In this document: piece after piece, positions 29,355 to 38,977 of the stretch
Layout of the letters: every line of letters begins with the position of its first letter
Position numbering within the stretch: position 1 is the stretch's first letter
NCBI GenBank assembly: GCA_002305125.1
Contig: DBQG01000050.1
Span: forward strand, 1 to 43,010
Direction: 5' to 3'
Source: Patescibacteria group bacterium UBA1400
GTDB lineage: Bacteria > Patescibacteriota > Microgenomatia > UBA1400
DNA: 43,010 nt
Notes under the pieces: generated by a model
Told to the model about the DNA's origin: nothing
Seen by the model: only the letters and a program-made list of their open reading frames with translations
Databases searched by the model: none
Translations under genes and position numbers: made by a program

Positions 29355-29687
29355 ATGGCTAGAAGAAAACAAAATTATTTACCCACGCTTTTTTTGATTT
29401 TAATTTTATGGTCTCTTTTTATCTTCATGGTTTTTTTCCTTCAACCTAAGGTTATCCAAAATTTTTTAATTCCTAATTTTTACCTGCCTTTTTTCTTGCT
29501 CCTGTTTTTATGCTTGTTTTTCACCTTTGCCATTCTTTTTGCCAGTTCCCGGCGTGGTTTTCTAGGAGCTTTGGGCATCATCCTTTTTTTAATTTTAAGA
29601 ATTTTTGATTTGGGCAATATGTTAAATGCGATTTTAATAACGGGTTTTATTTTTAGCCTTGAATACTACTTTACAAGAGAAAAGTAG
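29355..29687 (+). CDS. Small hypothetical membrane protein (about 4 TM)
   Basis: Intact hydrophobic ORF filling the gap between rmuC and the YerC-like gene. Confidence 0.7.
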   Translation: MARRKQNYLPTLFLILILWSLFIFMVFFLQPKVIQNFLIPNFYLPFFLLLFLCLFFTFAILFASSRRGFLGALGIILFLILRIFDLGNMLNAILITGFIFSLEYYFTREK

Positions 29688-29741
29688 TATGTTAAAACTA
29701 GTTTAATTATTTAAATTATTCTGTCCAAAGAGGGAAAGACT

Positions 29742-30113
29742 ATGCAACTTTCTAAAGCCAAACTCAATAAAAATGAAGAAAAGAAAATGTATGATATTTT
29801 TTATCAGACCTTTGCTGATTTAGGTAATAAAAAAGAAGCCAGTATTTTTTTAGATGATTTTTTATCACCGATGGAAAAGATTAAACTAGCCAAAAGATTA
29901 ATGATTGCTCTTTATCTAGAACAAGGAAAGTCATATGACTTTATTAAGCAAACAATTAAAGTTTCCAGCGCCACTATCGCCAGTGTTGATAAAATGATGG
30001 GCAAAGAAGGAAAAGGTTTTTTACTGGCTTTAAAAAAAATTGAAGCTGACCGCTGGGCTGAACAAACTGCTAAAAAAATAGACAAGTTTGTTAAAAATGT
30101 AATTGGTAAATAA
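29742..30113 (+). CDS. TrpR-like (YerC/YecD) DNA-binding protein
   Basis: FL.D.LS..E...LAKRL.IA..L..G.SY..I.....VSSATIA pattern. Confidence 0.85.
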   Translation: MQLSKAKLNKNEEKKMYDIFYQTFADLGNKKEASIFLDDFLSPMEKIKLAKRLMIALYLEQGKSYDFIKQTIKVSSATIASVDKMMGKEGKGFLLALKKIEADRWAEQTAKKIDKFVKNVIGK

Positions 30114-31639
30114 TGAAGAAAAATTTTTATATTACTACCACTCTTCCCTATGTTAATGCCGACCCTCATATTGGCTTTGCTCTAGAAATAATTCAGGCAG
30201 ACTGTCTGGCCCGCTTTAACCGTCAGCAAGGTAATCAGGTTTTTTTTAATACCGGCACCGATGAACACGGCTTAAAAATATATCTTGAAGCAAAAAAGAA
30301 AAAACAGGATCCTCAAAAATATGTTGATGATTATGCCAGCAGGTTTAACAAACTTAAAAAAGCTTTAAACTTAAGCTATAACAGTTTTTTAAGAACAACC
30401 AATCCTGATCATAAAAAAGCCGCCCAGAAGTTTTGGCTTAAATGCTTAAAAAATGGTGACATTTACAAAGCTAAGCAAAAAATTAAATATTGCATTGGCT
30501 GTGAAATGGAAAAAACAGACTCTGAACTGGTTGAGGGAAAGTGTCCTATTCATCCCACTAAAAAAATCACCGTCATTGAAGAAGAAAATTATTTTTTCAA
30601 GTTTTCTAACTACCAAAAAGCTTTATTAAGTCTTTACCAAAAAGAAAAAAAGTTTGTTGTTCCCCAAAATAGGCTTAAGGAAATAACTAACTTTGTAAGT
30701 AAAGGCCTTAAAGATTTTAGCATCTCCAGATTAAAACAAAAAATGCCCTGGGGAATACAAGTCCCCAATGATAAAAACCATGTTATGTATGTCTGGTTTG
30801 ATGCTTTAATAAACTACATTTCTGCTATTGGCTGGCCGGAATATAAAAAGAAATTTTCTTCCTGGTGGCCAGTAGTACAACTGGCGGGAAAAGACAATTT
30901 AAGACAACAATCTGCCATTTGGCAAGCCATGCTTATGTCAGCAGGCTTAAAACCTTCAAAACAAATTTTAATTCATGGGTTTATTACCTCAAACGGACAA
31001 AAGATGAGTAAAAGCTTAGGTAACGTTGTTAATCCGTTTGAAATTACTAAAAATTTTGGTACAGATAGTTTAAGATATTATCTTTTAAAAGAAGTTCCTC
31101 CATTTAGGGATGGTGATTTTACTCTCAAACATTTTCAAGAAGTTTACAACGCTGATCTTGCCAATGGCCTGGGCAATCTTGTTTCCAGAACTTTAACAAT
31201 GGTAGATAAGTATTGTCAGGGCAAAGTTCCCCAAGAACCCAAAAATGTACATAAATTGGAATTGCAAAAAAAATGGGAGCTTAAAGTCTGGAGAAAATAT
31301 GACAGGCTTTTAAACAGCTACAAGTTTAATGAGGTTTTATCATTGATTTGGCAGTTTATCAGTGCTGCCAATAAATATATAGACGAGCAGAAACCTTGGC
31401 AGCTGGACAAAGAAGGCAGGCAAAAAAAGTTAACTTTTGTTCTTTGGGATCTTTTGGAAAGCTTAAATCAGCTAAGTTTTATGCTTTATCCTTTTTTACC
31501 GCAAACATCAAAAGAAATTAGACAAAGGCTGACAGGTAAAAAACCAGATGAAAAAAACTTTCAGTTCCAAAACAGCTATATCCACCTTAAAAAAGGCACA
31601 AAAATTAATATAGGAAAGCCTCTTTTCCCCAGGTTTTAA
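30113..31639 (+). CDS. metG: Methionine--tRNA ligase (short form, no C-terminal EMAP domain)
   Basis: YITT.LPYVN..PHIGF, TGTDEHG, CIGC...CPIH knuckle, YVWFDAL.NY, KMSKSLGN. Confidence 0.96.
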   Translation: MKKNFYITTTLPYVNADPHIGFALEIIQADCLARFNRQQGNQVFFNTGTDEHGLKIYLEAKKKKQDPQKYVDDYASRFNKLKKALNLSYNSFLRTTNPDHKKAAQKFWLKCLKNGDIYKAKQKIKYCIGCEMEKTDSELVEGKCPIHPTKKITVIEEENYFFKFSNYQKALLSLYQKEKKFVVPQNRLKEITNFVSKGLKDFSISRLKQKMPWGIQVPNDKNHVMYVWFDALINYISAIGWPEYKKKFSSWWPVVQLAGKDNLRQQSAIWQAMLMSAGLKPSKQILIHGFITSNGQKMSKSLGNVVNPFEITKNFGTDSLRYYLLKEVPPFRDGDFTLKHFQEVYNADLANGLGNLVSRTLTMVDKYCQGKVPQEPKNVHKLELQKKWELKVWRKYDRLLNSYKFNEVLSLIWQFISAANKYIDEQKPWQLDKEGRQKKLTFVLWDLLESLNQLSFMLYPFLPQTSKEIRQRLTGKKPDEKNFQFQNSYIHLKKGTKINIGKPLFPRF

Positions 31640-31660
31640 AATCTCTATAATAAATAAGTT

Positions 31661-32452
31661 ATGCTTTGTGATAGCCACTGCCATCTTTATTTTAAAGATT
31701 TACAAAATAATTTAGCTACTGTTTTAAAAAATGCGTACCTGACAGGAGTAAACCACTTTATTGTTCCGGGAGTGGATTTAAAGACCAACCAACAGGCCCT
31801 GATTTTAAGTAAAAAATATAAAAGCATCTCCTCCTCTTTGGGAATTCATCCTTTTGAAGCCGGTATAAGCAATCTACCCTTAACAGGTCAGCTTGGTCAG
31901 CTTGAAGGCTTAATCAAAAAAGAGATTAAACATATTACAGCCATAGGTGAATGCGGTCTTGATTTTACCAAAAAAGGGCAAACGCTATCCAAAAATGATC
32001 AAAACAAACTTTTTATTGGCCAAATTAGATTGGCCTTAAAATACAATCTTCCTTTAATTATTCATAAAAGAAAGGCAGATAAAGAAATTTTTACGGCTCT
32101 AAAACCATTTAAAGGAAGAGTTAAAGGTGTCTTTCATAGTTTTGCCGAAGACAGCCTTTTTGTTAACAAGGCATTGGAGTTTGGCTTTTTACTGGGAATT
32201 AATGGCCTTTTGACCTATAATCCTGATTTAGAAAAAACAGTCACAAAAATTCCTTTAAACCATTTGCTTTTAGAAACTGATGCTCCATTTTTAACTCCCC
32301 AACCCCTAAAAGAAAAAAGAAAATGGCCAAATGAACCAAAAAATGTTAAAATTGTAGCCTTGAAACTGGCTAGGGTTAAAAAGATTTCTTTTAAGAAAAT
32401 TTCTCAGATTACCGTTAAAAATACAGCCAGTTTATTTAATATTAAAATTTGA
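31661..32452 (+). CDS. tatD: TatD-family hydrolase/DNase
   Basis: DSHCH, GIHP, IGECGLD, IIH.R, VFHSF, ETDAP; follows metG. Confidence 0.93.
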   Translation: MLCDSHCHLYFKDLQNNLATVLKNAYLTGVNHFIVPGVDLKTNQQALILSKKYKSISSSLGIHPFEAGISNLPLTGQLGQLEGLIKKEIKHITAIGECGLDFTKKGQTLSKNDQNKLFIGQIRLALKYNLPLIIHKRKADKEIFTALKPFKGRVKGVFHSFAEDSLFVNKALEFGFLLGINGLLTYNPDLEKTVTKIPLNHLLLETDAPFLTPQPLKEKRKWPNEPKNVKIVALKLARVKKISFKKISQITVKNTASLFNIKI

Positions 32453-32459
32453 TTTGATT

Positions 32460-33947
32460 ATGATAAAAGCATTTGTGGAAAAACATGAATACAAAGTCCA
32501 AAGATGGTTGGAAATTCTACCTGGACTTTTTTCCTGGTCTTTAATTCTGTTTCCGATTTGGGGCTCTTTTATTGTGCCTCTGGCTGTAGCTTATTATATT
32601 ATTGCCTTTGATGTTTATTGGTTTTACCGCGCTATTTCTATTTCTATTTTAGGCCTAATTTCCTATTTTAAACTAAAGGCTGCGGAAAAATATGACTGGT
32701 TAAAAGATGTTAAAGGCTTTGGAGACTGGCAAAAAATTCATCACATTATTGTCATTCCCACTTATCAAGAACCTGTTTATATTTTAAAACGCTCTTTAGA
32801 TGCCTTAAAAAAACAATCTTTCCCTAAAAAAAATATTACTGTAGTTCTTGGTTTTGAGAAAAGAGAGGGTGAAGAAGCAATAAAAAAAGCAACAATTTTA
32901 AAAAAAGAGTTTAAAAATACATTTGCCAACCTGATGGCCACTTTTCATCCCGATGTGCCGGGAGAAGTCAAAGGAAAATCATCTAACACGGCCTGGGCAG
33001 CTAAACAAGCTAAAAAAGAACTTGTTGATAAGCAAAAAATGAACATAAATTATGTTTTAATCTCTTCGGCCGATGCTGATGCTTGTTTACATGAAGAGTA
33101 CTTGGCCTGTCTAACCTATAAGTTTTTAGACAATCCCAAACGCTATAATCTTATCTTCCAACCGGCCATTATGTACTATAATAATATTTGGCGCGTTCCT
33201 GCTCCTATCAGGGTTTTTTCTACTACCAACAACCTTGTTCAGCTTGGCCTTTTAAGCAGAAGAGACAGGTTAATCAATTTTTCCACTTATTCCACTAGCT
33301 TAAAAATGGTAGATAAAATTGGCTACTGGGATGTTGATGTTATTCCCGAAGATTATCGTCTTTTTTTCAAAGCCTTTTTTGCTCTTAAGGGCAAGCTGGA
33401 AGTAGAGCCAATCTTTTTACCCGTTTATGCTGATGCCGCCCTATCCACTTCTTTTTGGAAAACTATGAAAAACCAGTACGAACAGGTTAAACGCTGGGCC
33501 TGGGGAGTTTCTGACGATGCTTATATCATAAAAAACTGGCTAACTGTTCCAGGTTTGCCTTTCTGGGAAAAAACCATAAGAGTTTTAAAAACCGTGGAAG
33601 ATCATTTTTTATGGCCGGTTAACTGGTTTGCTATCACTTTGGGAGCAGCTCTGCCGCCGCTTTTAAATGAGGATTTTGCCCGCTCTATAATCGGTAAACG
33701 GCTTCCTCAAACAGCCTCATTAATTCTTACCCTGTCTTTAATTGCCTTAATTACCGCGCTTTATATCGACTTTAAACAGCGTCCTAAAATGAATTCAATT
33801 CCTTTTTGGCGCAAATTACTTATACCTTTTGAATTTTTACTTTTACCGGTAGTTGGTTTCTTTTTTACAGCCCTGCCTGGACTTGATGCTCATACCAGAT
33901 TAATGTTAGGTAAGTATATTGAATATAAAGTTACGGAAAAAGTGTAA
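32460..33947 (+). CDS. Membrane-embedded GT2 glycosyltransferase with processive-type signature
   Basis: IPTY.E, GKS.N, DAD, PED, QVKRW; TM helices at both ends; ATG at 32460 preferred over TTG 32454. Confidence 0.85.
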   Translation: MIKAFVEKHEYKVQRWLEILPGLFSWSLILFPIWGSFIVPLAVAYYIIAFDVYWFYRAISISILGLISYFKLKAAEKYDWLKDVKGFGDWQKIHHIIVIPTYQEPVYILKRSLDALKKQSFPKKNITVVLGFEKREGEEAIKKATILKKEFKNTFANLMATFHPDVPGEVKGKSSNTAWAAKQAKKELVDKQKMNINYVLISSADADACLHEEYLACLTYKFLDNPKRYNLIFQPAIMYYNNIWRVPAPIRVFSTTNNLVQLGLLSRRDRLINFSTYSTSLKMVDKIGYWDVDVIPEDYRLFFKAFFALKGKLEVEPIFLPVYADAALSTSFWKTMKNQYEQVKRWAWGVSDDAYIIKNWLTVPGLPFWEKTIRVLKTVEDHFLWPVNWFAITLGAALPPLLNEDFARSIIGKRLPQTASLILTLSLIALITALYIDFKQRPKMNSIPFWRKLLIPFEFLLLPVVGFFFTALPGLDAHTRLMLGKYIEYKVTEKV

Positions 33948-33975
33948 AATTTTTGTTACTTAGCTATAATGAGTT

Positions 33976-35439
33976 ATGAAACGAAAAAAAATTAAATTAA
34001 ACCTTAAAGTTATTATTTTTATTATCATTATTTTTAACATCTTTGCCAGAATCCCGGCTTTATTTGAACCCATCTGGTATGGAGACGAATGTATTTATTT
34101 AACTTTAGGCCAAGGCTTAAATAAAGGTCTTAACTTTTATAAAGATATTCATGATAATAAACCTCCCCTGTTATATCTTATCGCCGGACTGGCGCAGGCA
34201 AGACTTTTTTGGCTTAGATTGATTACCTTGGCCTGGAATACTTTCAATATTTTTCTAATTTTCAAGATTGCCAAAAAACTACTAGCTAAAGATTGGTTAG
34301 TTATTTTAACTACTCTCATTTTTACTCTTTTCTCTCTTTTACCCGAAGGCCGCATTGCTAACGGTGAAGTATTTATGATCATGCCCGCTACGTTAGGTCT
34401 TCTTTTTGCCTTAAAAGCTAAGAATGAAAAAAATCATTTTCTTTGGTTCTTATCAGGTATTGGATTTGCTACCGGTTTTTTATTTAAAATACCTATTGCT
34501 TTTGATTTTGCAGGCTTGCTATTTGGCTTTTTTATCTTTACTAAAAAAACTATTAAAGATGTTTTTACTGTTTTAATAGATAAAAGATTATATCTTACTT
34601 TAGCAGGCTTTTTCCTACCCATAATTCTTTCCATTATTTATTATGCAAAGCTGGGGGCTTTTACGCCCTACGTAAGATCTGCCCTACTACAAAATATCGG
34701 ATATCTTTCTTCCTGGAGCGGCAGTAATACAGGGCTTTACCTTAGAGGTCTACTCGTTCTTACAGCCACCCTAGCTCTTTTCATCTTTAGAAAAAGACTA
34801 GGTTTTAACTTTTATACCCTAGCTTTAATGAGTTTTTGGGGCGCTTTTGGTGTCTTTTTATCAGAAAGACCTTATCCTCATTATCTGATTGAAATTGCTC
34901 CTTGGCTAGCTTTATTAACAGGGGTCGTTTTAAAAGAAAAAAAACTGCTCCAAATACTATTTGCCGTCTTTTTAGGCCTAAGTCTTTTTACCGGTTATAA
35001 ATATTATGATTTTTGGTGGTATGATAACCTACCTTACTATAAAAACTTTTTAAGATTTACTACGAGAAGAATAAGTAAAGAAGAATATTTCCGATTTTTT
35101 GCTGGGCAAAAAGTAATTGATGATTATGCTGTTAGTAAATATATTCAGGAGCATAGTAGTGAAAATGATAGGATTTTTGTCTGGGGTGAAGGATCTTGCA
35201 TTTATGCCCTTTCAAGACGTCTTCCTCCAGGAAGATATACTGCTACCTATCATATTTTTGACTTTAATGGCTTTGAAGAAACCCTGCAGGCAATGAGACA
35301 AACTTCTCCCCAGCTTATTATCAAGTTGGATTCGGAATCCAGACCTTTTCCTGGACTAAACAGTCTTATCTCCCAGTATTATGCCCAAAACAGCAAGGTT
35401 GGTGAGGCAGTCATTTATCACAAAGTGGTTAACTATTAA
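33976..35439 (+). CDS. GT-C glycosyltransferase (ArnT/PMT_2-like)
   Basis: WYGDE.IY, Y.DI.DNKPP, YPHY, C-terminal IFVWG soluble domain; multi-TM. Confidence 0.8.
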   Translation: MKRKKIKLNLKVIIFIIIIFNIFARIPALFEPIWYGDECIYLTLGQGLNKGLNFYKDIHDNKPPLLYLIAGLAQARLFWLRLITLAWNTFNIFLIFKIAKKLLAKDWLVILTTLIFTLFSLLPEGRIANGEVFMIMPATLGLLFALKAKNEKNHFLWFLSGIGFATGFLFKIPIAFDFAGLLFGFFIFTKKTIKDVFTVLIDKRLYLTLAGFFLPIILSIIYYAKLGAFTPYVRSALLQNIGYLSSWSGSNTGLYLRGLLVLTATLALFIFRKRLGFNFYTLALMSFWGAFGVFLSERPYPHYLIEIAPWLALLTGVVLKEKKLLQILFAVFLGLSLFTGYKYYDFWWYDNLPYYKNFLRFTTRRISKEEYFRFFAGQKVIDDYAVSKYIQEHSSENDRIFVWGEGSCIYALSRRLPPGRYTATYHIFDFNGFEETLQAMRQTSPQLIIKLDSESRPFPGLNSLISQYYAQNSKVGEAVIYHKVVNY

Positions 35440-35459
35440 AACAAATAATTTAAGGTAAA

Positions 35460-35867
35460 ATGGCTAAAGTTAAACAGTTAAAGTTTATTAAAGATGCAAA
35501 TTATTTTAAAATAACTCAAGAAGAGTTTAATACTTTAATGAAGGACAAGGCTTTAAAAAGAGTTGTCCAGCTTATTTTTTTCCTTCTATCTTTAAACCTT
35601 CTAATCTTAGCTCTTTTATGGCCCAAGCTACCACCTCAGCTACCTCTTTTATATCAAAAACCCTGGGGTGAAGAACAGTTGGTGGATAAACTTACTTTTC
35701 TTATTCTACCTCTGGCTAATTTAACTTTTTGTTTAGTTAATATAAGAGTAGCCAGTTTTTTTTTCAAAAAAGAAACTCTTTTAAGTCAAGTGCTTGTTTT
35801 TTCCTCCTTAACAGTCAATCTTTTAGCCACCATTACTCTAATAAGAATTATTACTATAATTATTTAA
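35460..35867 (+). CDS. Hypothetical 3-TM membrane protein (DUF1648-like LP..P motif)
   Basis: TM - LPPQLPLLYQKPWGEEQL - TM - TM. Confidence 0.7.
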   Translation: MAKVKQLKFIKDANYFKITQEEFNTLMKDKALKRVVQLIFFLLSLNLLILALLWPKLPPQLPLLYQKPWGEEQLVDKLTFLILPLANLTFCLVNIRVASFFFKKETLLSQVLVFSSLTVNLLATITLIRIITIII

Positions 35868-35870
35868 CCT

Positions 35871-36986
35871 ATGAATCTTGTAAATATTTTTAGCAACTGG
35901 ATTTTAAGCAGAGCTTTACTGACTTTTATTATCTCCTGTCTTCTTTCTTTCTTACTAACTCCTTTGGTTATAAAGATATATCGGAAACTGAAGTGGCTGG
36001 ATGATCCCAAAAAACAAACCCATCCAAAAGTTATTCATAAATATCCTGTTCCAAGAGGAGGAGGGATACCTATTTTTTTAGCAATTTTAGCTACCAGTCT
36101 TATATTACTACCCCTAGATAAACATTTAATCGGCATTTTAGCAGGAGGATTTTTAATCTTAATTATTGGCATTCTTGATGACCGTTTCAATCTCAACCCT
36201 TATCTTAGGTTGGGAGCAGGTATACTGGCAGCCCTTTTTGTAGTGGGGGCTGGCATTGGCATTGCTTTTATAACCAATCCTTTTGGTGGAGTCATTCAAC
36301 TTAATCAACCACAAATACCTGTTTTTCTTTTCGGAAAAATGCGCACTATTTGGGTTTTAGCTGATATTTTTGCTGTTTTATGGATTTTATGGTCTATGAA
36401 TTTTGTTAACTGGTCTAAAGGCGTAGATGGTCAACTGCCCGGCATGGTAGCGATCGCCGGAATTACTATTGGTCTTTTAAGTCTAAAGTTCAGTGCCGAC
36501 ATTACTCAATGGCCAGTCATAATCCTGGCTTTTGCCACTGCTGGTGCTTATTTAGGTTTTCTGCCCTGGAATTTTTTTCCTCAAAAAATTATGCCCGGGT
36601 ATGGTGGAGGCGCTTTAGCCGGTTTTTTTCTGGCAGTACTAACTATTCTATCTACCACTAAGGTAGGCACAGGAACTATGGTTCTGGCTGTTCCCATGCT
36701 TGATGCTTTTTATACTATTATTAGAAGAATTAGGAAAGGGAAGTCTCCTGTTTGGGGAGACGCAGGCCACCTACATCATAAACTTATGAATTTGGGTTGG
36801 GGAAAAAGAAGAATTGCTATTTTTTATTGGCTTATAACTGCTATATTTGGTTTTTTAGCCATCGTATTGAAGACTCAAGCTAAATTTTATACAATCATTT
36901 TATTAATAGTTGTTTTTGGAGGCATATTATTGTGGTTAAACTACTTTCTCTCCTCCTCATCTCGGCCAGACCAATCCAGTGGCTAA
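35871..36986 (+). CDS. Polyprenyl-phosphate sugar-1-phosphate transferase, WecA/TagO/MraY family
   Basis: H..PVPRGGG, GILDD, G.DG, GFLPWNF.P.KI, D..HLHH.L. Confidence 0.9.
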   Translation: MNLVNIFSNWILSRALLTFIISCLLSFLLTPLVIKIYRKLKWLDDPKKQTHPKVIHKYPVPRGGGIPIFLAILATSLILLPLDKHLIGILAGGFLILIIGILDDRFNLNPYLRLGAGILAALFVVGAGIGIAFITNPFGGVIQLNQPQIPVFLFGKMRTIWVLADIFAVLWILWSMNFVNWSKGVDGQLPGMVAIAGITIGLLSLKFSADITQWPVIILAFATAGAYLGFLPWNFFPQKIMPGYGGGALAGFFLAVLTILSTTKVGTGTMVLAVPMLDAFYTIIRRIRKGKSPVWGDAGHLHHKLMNLGWGKRRIAIFYWLITAIFGFLAIVLKTQAKFYTIILLIVVFGGILLWLNYFLSSSSRPDQSSG

Positions 36987-37867
36987 AAAATGTTCTTCTT
37001 TTTACCGGCCTTGTTTTTACCGGCTGGCTGTTTATTCCGGAAAAGTTTGTTAAAGTGCTTTTAGCCACCATAATCTTTTCTTTTGTTACCTCAGCTATTT
37101 ATATTTTCAACGATATTTTAGATATGCCCAAGGACAGACTTCATCCTTTAAAAAAAGACCGTCCCCTGGCTTCAGGAAAACTGCCCTTACCTTATGCTTT
37201 ATTTACTACCCTCTTTCTTATTATCTTTTCTTTATTTTTTGCCTCTAATCTTTCTTTTTTCTTTTTCCTTATTACTTTGGCCTACTTAATTCTTCACTTC
37301 CTTTACACCACCATTTTAAAAAACATTGTTATTATTGATGTTTTAGCTCTAGCTTCAGGCTTTATTCTAAGAGTATATGCCGGAGCCGTAGTTATTGATA
37401 CTCATATTAATATTTGGCTATTGCTGTGTGTAATTTCTTTTTCTCTGTTTTTAGCCGTAGGCAAAAGAAGGTCAGAACTAACCCTTTTAAGCAGTAAAAG
37501 TAAAATAGGAGAAACGCGGCAAGTGCTTTTTTCATATCCGGAAAAGCTGCTTGATCTTTATATTTCAATGTTTGCCAATACAACTTGGCTAACTTATGCT
37601 TGGTTTGCTTTTATTTATCCCACCATTACTCCTTCGGAAAGGTTAATTCATTTATGGGCTGATATTCCCAGAACCTTCAGAAGCCAAAAATGGCTCATGG
37701 CTACAATCCCGTTTGTTATTTACGGAGTAATGAGATATTTATTTGTGATTTATAAGGAAAATGAGGGAGAAACGCCTGCCAAAGTGCTTATTAAAGATAA
37801 GCCCTTGTTTGCCACTGTATTGGTTTGGGGATTAATGGTAATAGCTATTGTCTACGGTCTGAGCTAA
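36932..37867 (+). CDS. UbiA-family transferase, decaprenyl-phosphate phosphoribosyltransferase-like
   Basis: RP.QW.KN, YIFNDI.D...DR.HP.KK.RPLASG, LK...IIDV...GF.LR..AG, KRR.EL, RY. Confidence 0.87.
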   Translation: MVKLLSLLLISARPIQWLKNVLLFTGLVFTGWLFIPEKFVKVLLATIIFSFVTSAIYIFNDILDMPKDRLHPLKKDRPLASGKLPLPYALFTTLFLIIFSLFFASNLSFFFFLITLAYLILHFLYTTILKNIVIIDVLALASGFILRVYAGAVVIDTHINIWLLLCVISFSLFLAVGKRRSELTLLSSKSKIGETRQVLFSYPEKLLDLYISMFANTTWLTYAWFAFIYPTITPSERLIHLWADIPRTFRSQKWLMATIPFVIYGVMRYLFVIYKENEGETPAKVLIKDKPLFATVLVWGLMVIAIVYGLS

Positions 37868-37870
37868 GCA

Positions 37871-38788
37871 CTAACGGTATAAAGTGGCATAAGTACCTGA
37901 TATCCAACCTTGTTTGCCTTTTTTATACTCAATTTTATACCAACCGGTTTCATTAACTTCAATAAATTTAAAAACTTCATCAGGATAAATCTTGCCCAAC
38001 ACAGTCTCGTCTTTTCCTGCGGTTGAGGGTTCGCTTCTAACATTAAGCCAACCTGTAGGCGTATCTTTAATTTTTACATAAGGCTTGGCCATCTCCGCTC
38101 CCGGACTGGCCTCATCTTCTTCATTAAGTAAATCAGCCACATCGTCATCAACTTCCTCATCGGCTTTTTTACCCGACTCTGTTGCTTCTTTATCAGGTTC
38201 TTCCTGAATGATGCTTTCTTTAGCCAGCTGAACATCAATTAAAAGTTTATGGCCCTTAACAACTTTAGCCTTTAAACTCTCCTCCTTAAAACCAGGAGAG
38301 GATAAAGTTATCTGCCTTTCACCCTCAACAACATCATCTAGAGAAAGAGGCGTAAAGCCTTTGGGTTCACCGTCAATATTAACTACAACTCCATCCGGAG
38401 TACTAATAATTGAGACCTTGGTTGAGTCTTTATCAGTAATCGGTTCTAAGGTAAGGGTATAACCACTCATCTGATCTTCTTTAGAGGCAATATTACGGGA
38501 GACAACCGTCATAATGCCCGGATAAAGCTTAACAATTCCCTGCCATGTTAATAAAGCCTCACTAGCGCTGTCAGGTACAATCTTTACGGTATAATCTCCC
38601 GGCTTAAGCTCTTCGTTAAAATAAGGAGTTTGCCCTACGTGATTATCATTTAAAAATACTGTTGATGTAGGCTCAGACATAATCTGTAAAGCCGCCTGCT
38701 TTTTGCCCAGAAAAGGAATATTACAACCGGAAAGAAATAAAACTAAAAGTAAAATAATAAACGAAAGTAATGGTTTTACTAACTTCAT
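37871..38788 (-). CDS. Exported protein with two PEGA domains and a C-terminal SH3b domain; lipobox-like LSGC
   Basis: S.P....V.L....VGQTP and STPDG..V.IDG..KG.TP (PEGA); LNVRSEPS...GWYKI....GWIS (SH3b); start moved to ATG 38788. Confidence 0.85.
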   Translation of the reverse strand: MKLVKPLLSFIILLLVLFLSGCNIPFLGKKQAALQIMSEPTSTVFLNDNHVGQTPYFNEELKPGDYTVKIVPDSASEALLTWQGIVKLYPGIMTVVSRNIASKEDQMSGYTLTLEPITDKDSTKVSIISTPDGVVVNIDGEPKGFTPLSLDDVVEGERQITLSSPGFKEESLKAKVVKGHKLLIDVQLAKESIIQEEPDKEATESGKKADEEVDDDVADLLNEEDEASPGAEMAKPYVKIKDTPTGWLNVRSEPSTAGKDETVLGKIYPDEVFKFIEVNETGWYKIEYKKGKQGWISGTYATLYR

Positions 38789-38835
38789 TAACCCAAATAT
38801 ACCATACAACACCTCTATTGACAAGAAAAAAGAGG

Positions 38836-38864
38836 TTAAAAAAACTATTTAAATTTGCTAAAAT
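38836..38864 (+). promoter_or_regulatory. Probable promoter for tRNA-Cys and the downstream riboswitch operon
   Basis: TTAAAA (38836-38841), 17 nt, extended -10 TGcTAAAAT (38856-38864). Confidence 0.5.
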
Positions 38865-38888
38865 AGAGAAGCCGTCAAAAAAACAGTC

Positions 38889-38960
38889 GGCCTGGTAGCC
38901 AAGTGGAAAGGCGGAGGTCTGCAAAACCTCTATGCGTGGGTTCGATTCCCACCCAGGCCT
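38889..38960 (+). tRNA. tRNA-Cys(GCA), CCA not encoded
   Basis: Acceptor GGCCTGG/CCAGGCC, D arm GCC-AAGTGGAAA-GGC, anticodon arm GAGGT-CTGCAAA-ACCTC, T arm GTGGG-TTCGATT-CCCAC, discriminator T followed by CA. Confidence 0.97.
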
Positions 38961-38977
38961 CATAAAATAAGACGAGT

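Noticed and set aside
38721..38963. 80-aa minus-strand ORF (MRPGWESNPR...)
   Set aside because: It is the antisense reading of tRNA-Cys and its promoter region
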